A stretch of DNA of 64,000 nucleotides from Candidatus Hydrogenedentota bacterium (GTDB taxonomy: Bacteria > Hydrogenedentota > Hydrogenedentia > Hydrogenedentales > SLHB01): the NCBI GenBank assembly GCA_963668025.2, contig CAXXTH010000012.1, positions 1,537-65,536 of the forward strand. The letters run 5' to 3'. This document shows positions 51,901 to 60,524 of the stretch, in pieces. The notes below the pieces were generated by a model that saw nothing but the letters and a program-made list of their open reading frames with translations, made no database searches and was not told the DNA's origin. Position numbers and translations under genes: made by a program. How positions within the stretch are numbered: the first letter of the stretch is position 1; the number at the start of each line of letters is the position of its first letter.

Positions 51901-52181
51901 CAGCGCGGCTCATCATTGAAGATGCGGCGGATGTAGTGGAGCTGGCCCTGAATGGAATCGGCGTGGGAGTATGTCTCTGGCCTCCATATGTGTTTGAAGT
52001 AGGAAAACTGCTTCATCCTGGGAAAAATGACATCGAAATACGGATAACGAATATCTCTTCCAACCGCTATATGTCTGTCCAAGATGCCAGTACGGCTTGT
52101 CCTACGGGGCTTACGGAAGATCTACGCAATTATAAGCCCATCCCAGCGGGATTGTTGGGAGCGCTCCGGCTTGTTTGGTAG
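48936..52181 (+). CDS. Glycoside hydrolase-like protein (1081 aa), paralog class of 44204..46918
   Basis: FRPVLMWFWNASLNEAEIRRQIAMFEQARIREFFIHP...RVWLYDEYAWPSGTAGG. C-terminal jelly-roll ...VVELALNGIGVGVCLWPPYVFEVGKLLHPGKNDIEIRITN. Confidence 0.65.
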   Translation: MNAVGQTRDNLDAFRPVLMWFWNASLNEAEIRRQIAMFEQARIREFFIHPLYGLEVPYLSDAYFDAFGVAIDEARKRGMRVWLYDEYAWPSGTAGGSVIRDHPEDRMMALWHARFELEPGEEAECAPPGNLVSAHVIQWKQTLNGIAAQAERLEALPPRWRNDSAGRVSLLVCSEQASEGLHPSARWRSDASNQRGSLDGCSPEAVRHFIDATHEAYYRRFPDAFGTVIAGSFTDEPPLNIGWVLQPIGSFTGLPWHRGLLEAFEKEMGYNLADKLHELTFPIGNYVRTRCDYWRYLTQRFENAYFRQISEWCQQHGIALTGHVNAEESLIATLLCTGDWSAALKWFHVPGIDNILSRQQLGTDASVPPAKQVSSLASQLGRERTLCETYSGSGWNTTFLDMKRILDRLAVLGVNQIQYMGGYYTMKGFRKLKPDAGWPPSHFEQNSLWPYYSHFSDYAARVCLANTQGTHAAEVAMLYPIVSAWAGFQFGHDTHMSTSTTYRRKMDCLSKTYEGMACALLEVQADYEILYEDSLARATIEDGWIRLDGGLAFSTLILPACTALRPRTLEQMEAFAASGGRLLFVNGLPTHFDTGESICVRVTRAWNMDVEATNSLVMEVIDGEVPCVLPADIIYTSANTPNVRAISTNCLQGPARAKLQEALIRELPESARVRFEPQSAALTIHCRQVEDASCVFIVNGAPESYAGRVAIPPHHAVEFYKPETDTWSAAMIEMRGEDAFATLRLAPYEAAVLRQTPGASLDTGASAPESNAFVLDGPWTVTPVSPNLLPLFASVFEEDGAPLSLEKAETLAPEQFAPCIDGRFVEGYSMGVSEGNGWGVMQGAYPLSSFVKGKAYWVRAEFDVLSAPEGMRLVTEALGQTVIALNGRPLCLSPCRDWDESNLGACVDGMLQPGRNILLMRLVMPEWEGPHALPFTALCGPFQLDAQHRIILPLPIRETGDWCGQGYPFYSGTMSYRQTFTFSGSEGVPARLIIEDAADVVELALNGIGVGVCLWPPYVFEVGKLLHPGKNDIEIRITNISSNRYMSVQDASTACPTGLTEDLRNYKPIPAGLLGALRLVW

Positions 52182-52240
52182 TTCGCGAATGCGCACTTAT
52201 GCGCGTTTGTATACAAATTGTAGATATATTGTTTTTCTTA

Positions 52241-52269
52241 TTGACAGTAGGCTTGAAAACAGGTACGAT
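52241..52269 (+). promoter_or_regulatory. Sigma70-like promoter (TTGACA-N17-TACGAT)
   Basis: A near-consensus -35/-10 pair with 17-nt spacing lies about 115 nt upstream of the 52383 start. Use of this consensus by the organism is assumed, not shown. Confidence 0.4.
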
Positions 52270-52382
52270 ACTTCAGAATTATCTACCAGAGAGTAAGATT
52301 TGAGCAAGAGGATGCAACAACAGGATGCTGCGGAGCCTGTCAGAGTACAGGCTCAAAACTCGGAAGGGAGGATGTTATAATT

Positions 52383-53948
52383 ATGAGTATTCCACGATTT
52401 TGCATGGCTATGGCGATTCTGTTCGCCGGAATCATGGCGTTTGCGCCCGCGAACGCCGCAGTACTTGAGGTGACACATACGCCTGGGTCAGGCCAATATG
52501 CCAGTGTGACGGAGGCAGTAGCGGCGGCGGCGGCTACGGGGGACACTATTCGCATTATCGACAATAGTGCGCCGTTCGAGGAGACTGTCCTCATTAATAA
52601 GGTTGTGACGGTGGAAGGCGATGCCAGCCTGGATCCCCGCCCGACCATCCTTGGCCAATGCCAAGCTGACATTGGTGGTTACTTGTGTACACTTTCTTTT
52701 GGGGATGCCTATCCCGATGGATGCGTGTTTCGCAACTTGATTTTTAAGTCTATAGATTTGAATAACGATGGCTGGGAGTCAGGCTCTTCGGTCGTGGTAT
52801 TGCGGCACTGTTTCAATACAGTGTTCGAGAATTGCGAGTTCGATGGAGAGGACCATGTCGAAACGACGGTCACCCAGCGGTGGTATTGGGCCAATGTGTT
52901 CAATAATTGCACCTTAAAAGGAGGGCAATACACACTGATAACCATGGGAGGAACCGTTACGTTCAATTCTTGCTTGTTTGAAAAAACAGGCGGGGGCTCT
53001 CCTATGATGATGAATAGTAGCGACCAGGAATTAACGGCCACATTCAATGATTGCACCATCGATTACACCGACACTTGGGCTGTCCAAACGTATGACCTGT
53101 GGGGTGAAAACCTCAAAACCTTCAACTACTCCCGCTGCCTCTTTATTGCTACGGCATCGGCCGGTGTTCAGACTGTCGCGATACGTCCCGGTGAATCGAC
53201 CACGACCGATCCTACCTTCAATATTGACAACTGCGACTTTGTGAGGACACCCGAATCCGCGGGAACTACATATGGTATTCTGATGGCACATACCTCGAAT
53301 TTCACGTTAACCGATTCAATCTTCTACAACCTGAATCCTGGCGTAGCCTTCTGGAATCCATGGGGGTTAACGGGTGGAACCTACACGAACGATTACAATG
53401 TATTCCAAGGGAATGAATTTAACATTGAAGGTTTCACCGCAGGCGAGCACACCACCATACTGAATACGGGCGACCCACTGTATGTGGATGCCGCAGCCGG
53501 AAATTACAAGCTGCTCGATACCTCCGTGGCGGCTACGTATAGCAGCGGCAATACTGCGGAGACCTGGGCGGGCTCGCAAGGCGTTCTCGCTCCTTATGAA
53601 GTCACCGCTGATCCCACAGGCGCGGTTTCGGAAGGCGGAACGCTCACGTTGACCGGCCCTGCGGATGGCACGGATTACTACTGGGAAAAAGACGGCGAAG
53701 CGCTGTCTGACGATGCGCCGCGTGTAACGGGCACGACTTCCCAGACATTGTCCTTCACATCTGTCGAAGCGGGTGATGCGGGCGTTTATACCGTGTATTT
53801 CAATGATGGCACCGGCGTCCAAAGCGCTTCGTATACGCTCGAAGTGTCTGCTGCTGGTGATTTACCCGTCGCTGGCGGCATCGGCCTCGCGCTGGCCAGC
53901 CTGGCGATGGGAATCATTGCTGCCCGCAGGGCAAGGCGGACTCGGTAA
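52383..53948 (+). CDS. Secreted parallel beta-helix repeat protein with Ig-like domain and C-terminal LPVAG/TM/Arg-rich sorting-signal-like tail
   Basis: Signal peptide MAMAILFAGIMAFAPANA. Repeated xFxNCxF units (FENCEFDG, FNNCTLKG, FNSCLFEK, FNDCTIDY, IDNCDFVR). An Ig-like segment ...YYWEKDGEALSDD...AGVYTVYF. The tail is DLPVAGGIGLALASLAMGIIAARRARRTR. Confidence 0.6.
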   Translation: MSIPRFCMAMAILFAGIMAFAPANAAVLEVTHTPGSGQYASVTEAVAAAAATGDTIRIIDNSAPFEETVLINKVVTVEGDASLDPRPTILGQCQADIGGYLCTLSFGDAYPDGCVFRNLIFKSIDLNNDGWESGSSVVVLRHCFNTVFENCEFDGEDHVETTVTQRWYWANVFNNCTLKGGQYTLITMGGTVTFNSCLFEKTGGGSPMMMNSSDQELTATFNDCTIDYTDTWAVQTYDLWGENLKTFNYSRCLFIATASAGVQTVAIRPGESTTTDPTFNIDNCDFVRTPESAGTTYGILMAHTSNFTLTDSIFYNLNPGVAFWNPWGLTGGTYTNDYNVFQGNEFNIEGFTAGEHTTILNTGDPLYVDAAAGNYKLLDTSVAATYSSGNTAETWAGSQGVLAPYEVTADPTGAVSEGGTLTLTGPADGTDYYWEKDGEALSDDAPRVTGTTSQTLSFTSVEAGDAGVYTVYFNDGTGVQSASYTLEVSAAGDLPVAGGIGLALASLAMGIIAARRARRTR

Positions 53949-54367
53949 TATCTATAGTTAATGGTAGGGCGCTTTTTCTGGATGCGCGCCTGCAATACGC
54001 GCGGTGTGTATGGCAGGGCGGGGAAAGAGAAAGCGCCTTTCCTTTTCTTTGCGGAAACACCTCCAATAATACCGGTTCTGTTTTTCCACCGATTGCGCTG
54101 ATGACACTGATGTCCGGAAAAATAAATAGTATACTACTATTTGTCGAAATCTTGTTTCCTTGCATGTATTTTCTGTGTAAGTCAAATAGAATCTAATTGT
54201 TATAGCATACGTTTTAAATAATGTCTTAGTTGGCTCTTCCTTTGATTGGTGGGGCAAGCCCCACCCTACACTTCAAATTTTAGTGTATTTAGTGTATTTA
54301 GTGGTTAGATCGGGCTCTTTGGTTATGGATTCATCCCTACTCTCCGGCAAAATCGTTGCGGAATGTA

Positions 54368-54770
54368 TTATTCCTCTTCCTCCAAGCTATCCAGGACATC
54401 TTGCGTGACATTCACCGCAGGAATAGCAGGATCAATTGCTGCAAAATATCCTGCTTGGACCAAGAGGTCATAATCGGAGCCTTTGCCAAAATCTCTCACT
54501 GCCCGAATCGCCCGGGAATTGGCCTTATCCAGTAGAATCCAGTATTCTCCGGTGCCTCTTTTAATCTCTCGCTTTTTTATGGCTTTATATGCATCCGTAT
54601 TTTGCACCAGCGTCGTGAATACGATTTCTCCCGGTTTGTTGAAGCCATCGAGAGAGCCCCAGAGCACCTGGGGTGGGATCTTGCTTTTCTTTCGGCACGG
54701 CATACGTGCTCGCGCCTCCCATGGAAGCGAGGAAAAACAAGACAAATGCGGTATACAATAACTTCTTCAT
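54368..54770 (-). pseudogene. Small secreted protein, apparently frameshifted after the signal peptide
   Basis: The signal peptide MKKLLYTAFVLFFLASMGGAS is in ORF 54585..54770. The mature-looking part ...IPPQVLWGSLDGFNKPGEIVFTTLVQNTDAYKAIKKREIKRGTGEYWILLDK... is in ORF 54368..54745. Confidence 0.45.
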
Positions 54771-55061
54771 GAGTCTTTGAACCTCCCGGACGCGTTAGGC
54801 CTGCTTGGACTGCCAGGCAACCCCTTTTCACGTGTTCAGCCTCGACTCCGGCCTTCTTTGCCATACCGCAGCGGATACAATCCGCGAGCCGTTTCGGTTT
54901 TAGGCAAAAAAAGCTACATCAGTCTATACTATGATCCTGCCTGTTTTTGAAAAGTTCCCGTTCATTCATATGAAATACCGGCGCATGCCATTTCGGAGGT
55001 CCGCCTATCCCTGAAGAGGCTTTACTCGATATACATAGTTCCAAATACATATGTTTTTATA

Positions 55062-55090
55062 TTGACTAGAACATAATGTCGTGTTATACT
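55062..55090 (+). promoter_or_regulatory. Sigma70-like promoter (TTGACT-N17-TATACT)
   Basis: A near-consensus pair lies just upstream of the GGDEF gene. It implies that the ATG at 55076 is not used and that translation starts at a downstream ATG. Confidence 0.45.
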
Positions 55091-55150
55091 CTAGCCAATG
55101 AAATATTTCTTTATTTTGTTTGTATGCATGGAATGAAGGAAACCGGAAAG

Positions 55151-55825
55151 ATGGATACTACAGATCCCGTCGAGGCCGGGCATGCGCCATTCAGCCAATC
55201 GCTAGATCCCCTGACAGGGCTGCCGGGGCAGCCTGCGTTTACGTCGGTTTTTTCCGAAGCCTTGGCTCACGCGGAACAGGCGGGCGAGCCCGTTTCGCTT
55301 GTGTTGGCGGATATTGATCGGTTCGAAGCCATGAACCGGCAGCTTGGGCGGGATGCAGGCGATGGCGCGCTCAAGAGTGTCGCGCAAACGATGTCCGGTG
55401 TCGTAGCGCAAACGGGCCAGGTGTTTCGATACGGCGGCGATGCGTTCATTGTTCTGATTGAAGGCATGGAAAAAGAAGATGCCTTCCTGCTGGGTGAACG
55501 GGTCCGAAGCGCCATCGAGCAAAGTGATGCAACCATGTCCGCGGAATGTCCTTTGCGCATTACGGCGGGCGTGGCGGCTTACTCCGATGACGGCGGCACG
55601 GTGCAGGAAGTCATCCGCAAGGTCAACGAAGCCTTATACCGAGGCAAAGTACGCGGCGGCAACACGGTCTGCATCGCCCGCGAAGAGAAAATGGTCACCA
55701 AGACCAGCCACTACACCCAGGGCCAATTGCTCGGCCTGACACGCCTCGCCAAGCGCGAGGGCCTCGGCGAAGCGGAATTGCTCCGCGAGGCGCTAGACGA
55801 CCTGCTGAGGAAGTATAACGCGTGA
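55151..55825 (+). CDS. Degenerate GGDEF-domain protein (GGDAF) fused to a C-terminal ribbon-helix-helix-like segment
   Basis: LTGLPGQPAF, LVLADIDRFEAMNRQLGRDAGDGALK, FRYGGDAFIVL. The C-terminal KTSHYTQGQLLGLTRLAKREGLGEAELLREALDDLLRKY looks CopG/Arc-like. The start is uncertain (55124, 55133 or 55151). Confidence 0.8.
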   Translation: MDTTDPVEAGHAPFSQSLDPLTGLPGQPAFTSVFSEALAHAEQAGEPVSLVLADIDRFEAMNRQLGRDAGDGALKSVAQTMSGVVAQTGQVFRYGGDAFIVLIEGMEKEDAFLLGERVRSAIEQSDATMSAECPLRITAGVAAYSDDGGTVQEVIRKVNEALYRGKVRGGNTVCIAREEKMVTKTSHYTQGQLLGLTRLAKREGLGEAELLREALDDLLRKYNA

Positions 55826-56067
55826 GGAGGCGGCTGCCGGGAGTAATACCCCTAAAGCCTCGTGTTATAATCACCTGAGTAAAGAAAGAGGATGCGGGTG
55901 TTGATATCGGCCTCAGTCGTAACAGGGATAAATGGGCCATTTATCGTCTCTCGCATGGATGCAGAAGGGTAAGCTTTTAGCGCCTTTTGGTTTTCGCCCC
56001 TCTTTTTGTTTGCCATCCGGTGGCGGGTCGCAACAATAGTCCGGCAAACTATGGAGGAAATCTCCAA

Positions 56068-56643
56068 ATGCTTGTATTCTACAAACGGAATAAGAGGAAC
56101 ATTTCATTTTTCCTGCTTCTCTGCGTAATGGCAGGCGGATATTATGGATATTTGCAAATTTCGGGGAATTTCCACACAGTTGTGCCTGGTGCATTATACC
56201 GGTCCGCACAGATTACGCCGGGGCAGATCTCCAGATACAAAGAACGTTATGGCATCCGCACCATCATCAATCTTCGAGGAGATAGTGCTGGCAACGATTG
56301 GTACGAAAAAGAAGTGGCGGCAGCTCAGCAACTTGGCATTCAGCATGTTGATTTTGGCATGTCTGCTAATAAGACACTTTCTATCGCCCAGGCAGGCGAG
56401 CTTGTTAAGCTGCTGAAAGCAGTTCCGAAACCGGTGCTGATTCATTGTAAGGCAGGTTCCGATCGGAGCGGGCTAGTGGCCGCGATATACCTTGCCGCCG
56501 TTGATGGCTCTAATGAAGGCCGGGCGGAACGGGAGATATCCATTTGTTACGGCCATATTGGAATTCCTTACATATCCTCGGCATACGCCATGGATGAGAC
56601 GTGGGAGAACCTAGAGCCCTGGCTTGGCTTTGGAGAATCGTAG
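56068..56643 (+). CDS. Membrane-anchored protein-tyrosine/dual-specificity phosphatase family protein
   Basis: N-terminal TM ISFFLLLCVMAGGYYGYL and a CX5R active-site loop HCKAGSDRSG. A GGAGG RBS precedes the start. Confidence 0.8.
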   Translation: MLVFYKRNKRNISFFLLLCVMAGGYYGYLQISGNFHTVVPGALYRSAQITPGQISRYKERYGIRTIINLRGDSAGNDWYEKEVAAAQQLGIQHVDFGMSANKTLSIAQAGELVKLLKAVPKPVLIHCKAGSDRSGLVAAIYLAAVDGSNEGRAEREISICYGHIGIPYISSAYAMDETWENLEPWLGFGES

Positions 56644-56780
56644 CCGGCCCAGCGGAACTGTCCAGCTGCGGGTGTCATGGCTGTCGCGCCTGGTGGAAGA
56701 CATCAGGCGCGAAAAAAGGTATCGAGAGAGGCCACGTTAATACTTTATGTCATACTCGCTTGGCCTAGAGGAGGTAAAAC

Positions 56781-57080
56781 ATGGAGTTGCCGATTCGGAT
56801 TGATAAAAGCCAGATAGCGGTATTTTGCAAAAAGCACCATATAACGAAGCTGGCGCTTTTCGGGTCCGTCTTGACCGAGCATTTCACCGAGGAAAGCGAC
56901 GTGGATGTGCTGGTGGAATTTGAGCCGGAGCATATCCCGGGCCTGATCCGGCTCTGTGGCATGGAGCGCGAGCTTTCCGGCATTCTCGGGAGGAAAGCGG
57001 ACATGCGCACGCCTGGCGATCTAAGCCGGTATTTCCGCGATGAAGTCATCAACTCCGCCGTGGTGCAATATGCTGCTTGA
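56781..57080 (+). CDS. MntA-type nucleotidyltransferase antitoxin (type VII TA), pair 1
   Basis: LALFGSVLTEHFTEESDVDVLVEF (the GS...DxD minimal nucleotidyltransferase motif). Strong RBS GAGGAGG. It overlaps the downstream HepT. Confidence 0.85.
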   Translation: MELPIRIDKSQIAVFCKKHHITKLALFGSVLTEHFTEESDVDVLVEFEPEHIPGLIRLCGMERELSGILGRKADMRTPGDLSRYFRDEVINSAVVQYAA

Positions 57081-57411
57081 CGGTGATCAGGTGAGGCTGA
57101 AACACATACTTGATGCCCTTCAAGAAGCTGTAGATTATGTAATGGATGTTGAGTGGACCGAGTTCGCAGCCAAACGGCCATTACAGCATTCGGTGGTGCG
57201 CTGCATTGAAATTGTGGGTGAGGCATCCAGCCGATTATCGAAGGAACTACGAGAATCAAATCCACAAATTCCATGGGTGGATATGATTGGCATGCGCAAT
57301 CGCATTGTACACGCCTATTATGAAATTGATATTGATATTATATGGAAAACAGCGAAAGAAGATTTACCGAATTTGTTGCCAAAGATAAAGGCTGCCACTC
57401 AAAAGCCGTGA
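57070..57411 (+). CDS. HepT-type HEPN ribonuclease toxin (DUF86), pair 1
   Basis: RNRIVHAYYEIDIDIIW carries the Rx4HxY HEPN motif. It is about 113 aa. Confidence 0.85.
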   Translation: MLLDGDQVRLKHILDALQEAVDYVMDVEWTEFAAKRPLQHSVVRCIEIVGEASSRLSKELRESNPQIPWVDMIGMRNRIVHAYYEIDIDIIWKTAKEDLPNLLPKIKAATQKP

Positions 57412-57501
57412 TCTTCAGAATAGATAATATATGCGTTTTCATTCGTGTAAATTGGTGTCCATTCGTGGTTCAACTGAATGCTCGATAAGTAGGGGCGTTA
57501 C

Positions 57502-58089
57502 ATGGCTTCAACTCCCAAATCTCGATGCGGATGGCCGGGCGATGACCCGTTGATGCGAGCGTATCATGACGCGGAGTGGGGCGCGCCACAGCATGACGAC
57601 CGGGTGTTGTTCGAGTTCGTGACGCTCGAGAGCGCCCAAGCGGGATTGAACTGGAAGACCATCTTGAACAAGCGTGAGGGCTACCGCCAGGCGTTCGCGG
57701 GATTCGACCCGGCGGCTGTGGCGCGGTTCACGGAATGCGACCAGGCACGGCTTCTGGCCGATGCGGGCATCGTCCGAAACCGCCTCAAGATAGCGGCGGC
57801 CATCACCAACGCCCAGGCGTTTCTGGCGATACAGGAGGCCTTCGGCAGTTTCGACGCCTACAGTTGGCGTTTCGTGGAGGGCGCGCCCATTCAGAACCAT
57901 TGGCGCACGCTGGCCGAGATTCCAGCCCGTTCCGCCGAGTCAGACGCCATGAGCAAGGATATGAAGCAGCGCGGCATCAAGTTTTTTGGCACTACCATCT
58001 GTTACGCCCACATGCAGGCGGTGGGCATGATGAATGATCATATAATGGATTGTTTCCGGTGGCGGGAAGTGCAAGCGGTAGGCAAGTGA
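57502..58089 (+). CDS. tag: DNA-3-methyladenine glycosylase I
   Basis: RCGWPGDDPLMRAYHDAEWGAPQHDDRVLFEFVTLESAQAGLNWKTIL...IVRNRLKI... Confidence 0.9.
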   Translation: MASTPKSRCGWPGDDPLMRAYHDAEWGAPQHDDRVLFEFVTLESAQAGLNWKTILNKREGYRQAFAGFDPAAVARFTECDQARLLADAGIVRNRLKIAAAITNAQAFLAIQEAFGSFDAYSWRFVEGAPIQNHWRTLAEIPARSAESDAMSKDMKQRGIKFFGTTICYAHMQAVGMMNDHIMDCFRWREVQAVGK

Positions 58090-58407
58090 ATGGGAGACAA
58101 AGTCATGCATACGCGGGAATCAGCGCTGCGGGTTCTGCGTGAGAGCTTGCCGGAATTGAGGAAAGCTTATGGCGTGCGCCGTTTGGCTTTGTTCGGATCC
58201 GTCGCGCGGGATGCTGCACGAGAGGAAAGCGATGTCGATGTGCTGGCCGAATTTGACCGGCCCATTGGTTTCCTTTTTGTCGATTTTGCGGAGCATCTTG
58301 AACATATACTGGGCGCGAAAGCGGATGTGCTGACGCCCGATGGCGTGGCCGCGATTCACAATCCTGAGATTGCCACACGTATTCTGGAATCAGCCATCGA
58401 TGTCTAA
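58090..58407 (+). CDS. MntA-type nucleotidyltransferase antitoxin, pair 2
   Basis: LALFGSVARDAAREESDVDVLAEF. It starts immediately at the tag stop (TGAATG) and overlaps the downstream HepT (ATGTCTAA). Confidence 0.85.
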   Translation: MGDKVMHTRESALRVLRESLPELRKAYGVRRLALFGSVARDAAREESDVDVLAEFDRPIGFLFVDFAEHLEHILGAKADVLTPDGVAAIHNPEIATRILESAIDV

Positions 58408-58753
58408 ACGTTCGGATAAGGAACTCATTGATGACATGCTTAATGCGTTGAGCCGTATGGAGGCATACTGCGCGGAGATGGATTATGCAAGCTTCTTAGA
58501 GGATAACAAGACGCAAGACGCGGTGATACGAAATGTGGAGATCCTAGGTGAAGCGGCCAAACTGGTTTCCGAGGATTTGCGACAAGCCTACCAGGAAATA
58601 CCATGGCGCAGTATAGCGGGCACACGCGATCGACTTATTCACCATTACTTTGGTGTGAACTGGGAGATCGTATGGAACATAGTCAAGAATGATAGTCCGA
58701 TTTTGATTGACAAACTGAACCAAGTTCGATTTAACCAAAAGAGAAACTGTTGA
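58400..58753 (+). CDS. HepT-type HEPN ribonuclease toxin (DUF86), pair 2
   Basis: TRDRLIHHYFGVNWEIVW carries the Rx4HxY motif. Confidence 0.85.
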   Translation: MSKRSDKELIDDMLNALSRMEAYCAEMDYASFLEDNKTQDAVIRNVEILGEAAKLVSEDLRQAYQEIPWRSIAGTRDRLIHHYFGVNWEIVWNIVKNDSPILIDKLNQVRFNQKRNC

Positions 58754-58786
58754 GTAAATGGTTATTGGATAGGAGTAACACGCAAA

Positions 58787-60196
58787 ATGCCGAAGAACAT
58801 CTATGAAAAAATCTGGGACGCGCATTTGGTGCATGAAGAAGCGGGGCAGTCGCCCATTCTCTACATCGACCGGCAGTATGTCCATGAAGTGACCTCGGCG
58901 CAGGCTTTCGATGGATTGCGCCTGTCGGGGCGCAAAGTCCGGCGGCCCGAATTGACCTTCGCCACCATGGACCACAATATCCCGACGACCGGGCGCGGCA
59001 AGCCCATCGCTGACGCCCTGTCGCGCCAGCAGGTCGAGACGCTCTCGAAGAACTGCGCGGAATTCGGCGTCGCGTGCTTCGGCATGGATCATCCCTTGAA
59101 CGGCATCGTCCACGTCATCGGCCCTGAACTGGGCCTAACCCGCCCCGGCATGACCATCGTCTGCGGCGATTCCCACACGGCCACCCATGGCGCGCTGGGC
59201 GCGCTGGCCTTCGGCATCGGCACGAGCGAAGTCGAGCACGTCCTGGCGACACAGACCCTTTTACAGAAGAAATCGAAGACCATGGAAGTGCGCGTCACGG
59301 GCGCCCTCAAGCCGGGCATCACGGCGAAAGACGTTATCCTGGCCATCATCGGCATCATCGGCACGGACGGCGGTACGGGCTACGTCATCGAGTTCACGGG
59401 CGACGCCATCCGCGGCTTGAGCATGGAAGGCCGCATGACGGTGTCGAACATGACCATCGAGGCGGGGGCGCGCGCGGGGCTGATCTCGCCCGACGACACG
59501 ACCATCGAATACTTGAAAGGCCGCGAGTATCTGCCGAAAGACCAGCCGTGGAACGCCCTCGCGGCAGGATGGAAGAGCTGGGCCTCGGACCCCGGCTGCG
59601 CGTACGACAAGGTGGTCGTGCTCGACGGCGCGTCCATCGAGCCGCAAGTCACGTGGGGCACCTCGCCGGGCATGGTCACGAGCATTACGAGTAAAACGCC
59701 CGTGCTGGCGGACATCGCCGATGCGGATAAGCGCGATTCGGCAGCAAAAGCCCTCGCATACATGGGCTTGGGCGAAGGCGTACCCATGATGGATATCGCC
59801 GTCGACAAGGTGTTCATCGGCTCCTGCACGAATGGACGCATTGAAGACCTGCGCGAAGCCGCGAAATTCGCCAAGGGCCATAAGGTCCACGCGAATATCC
59901 GCCAAGCGCTGATCGTCCCCGGCTCGAACAAGGTCAAACAGCAGGCGGAGGCCGAAGGCTTGGACAAGATTTTCATCGAAGCGGGATTCGAGTGGCGGGA
60001 AGCGGGCTGTTCCATGTGCCTGGCCATGAACGACGACCGGCTCGATCCCGGCGACCGCTGCGCCGCCACGTCGAACCGGAACTTTGAAGGCCGGCAAGGC
60101 AAAGGCGGCCGCACGCACCTCGTCAGCCCCGCCATGGCGGCGGCGGCGGCGGTGGTCGGCCACTTCGTGGATATCCGTAATTGGAAATGTGATTAA
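58787..60196 (+). CDS. leuC: 3-isopropylmalate dehydratase large subunit
   Basis: [15 protein letters not shown]..., [53 protein letters not shown]. Confidence 0.95.
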   Translation: MPKNIYEKIWDAHLVHEEAGQSPILYIDRQYVHEVTSAQAFDGLRLSGRKVRRPELTFATMDHNIPTTGRGKPIADALSRQQVETLSKNCAEFGVACFGMDHPLNGIVHVIGPELGLTRPGMTIVCGDSHTATHGALGALAFGIGTSEVEHVLATQTLLQKKSKTMEVRVTGALKPGITAKDVILAIIGIIGTDGGTGYVIEFTGDAIRGLSMEGRMTVSNMTIEAGARAGLISPDDTTIEYLKGREYLPKDQPWNALAAGWKSWASDPGCAYDKVVVLDGASIEPQVTWGTSPGMVTSITSKTPVLADIADADKRDSAAKALAYMGLGEGVPMMDIAVDKVFIGSCTNGRIEDLREAAKFAKGHKVHANIRQALIVPGSNKVKQQAEAEGLDKIFIEAGFEWREAGCSMCLAMNDDRLDPGDRCAATSNRNFEGRQGKGGRTHLVSPAMAAAAAVVGHFVDIRNWKCD

Positions 60197-60217
60197 CTGT
60201 ATAAAAAACGCTCTCAT

Positions 60218-60283
60218 CGTCATTCCCGCGCAGGCGGGAATCCAGGGCTACTCGCATGGGGCCATGCTTTCGCGGGAATGACG
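60218..60283. repeat. Palindromic element with ATTCCC-N8-GGGAAT core (copy 1)
   Basis: The outer 13-bp inverted repeat is CGTCATTCCCGCG (60218-60230) / CGCGGGAATGACG (60271-60283). The inner core is ATTCCCGCGCAGGCGGGAAT (60222-60241). A second copy lies at 60525-60592. Confidence 0.75.
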
Positions 60284-60406
60284 GTGGAGAGCAATAGACG
60301 CAGAGGCGCGGAGTACGCGGAGAGGACATAAAGTACAGAACAATAGCCACAAAATCCACAAGAGGCATCAAATGCTTCTTGAACACCAGATAGGAAGGAT
60401 GAGAAC

Positions 60407-60459
60407 CCGTAGCATGGGCGTCCCGCCCATACGCATGGCCGGGACGGCCATGGTGGCGG
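60407..60459. repeat. REP-like double-hairpin palindrome, copy 3
   Basis: CCGTAGCATGGGCGTCCCGCCCATACGCATGGCCGGGACGGCCATGGTGGCGG. Its 3' end merges into the duplicated leuC 3' end. Confidence 0.65.
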
Positions 60460-60489
60460 CGGTTGGACACTTCGTGAATATCCAGGACT
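60447..60489 (+). pseudogene. Duplicated 3' end of leuC (orphan fragment)
   Basis: GCCATGGTGGCGGCGGTTGGACACTTCGTGAATATCCAGGACTGA encodes AMVAAVGHFVNIQD*. This parallels the true end [21 protein letters not shown] at 60131-60196. The similarity continues through the downstream palindromic element to about 60610. Confidence 0.65.
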
Positions 60490-60524
60490 GAAAATGCAAT
60501 TTACGGCATAAAAAACGGCCTCAA

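Noticed and set aside
55076-55150. The ATG at 55076 as the start of the GGDEF protein (the ORF track start).
   Set aside because: The near-consensus -10 box (55085-55090) lies downstream of this ATG, and the first 16-25 residues look non-native. A downstream ATG (55124-55151) is more plausible.
56660-56700. The hairpin GCGCCTG…CAGGCGC after the phosphatase gene as a terminator.
   Set aside because: It is followed by an A-run on the coding strand, not a T-run, so it does not fit an intrinsic terminator in the required orientation.
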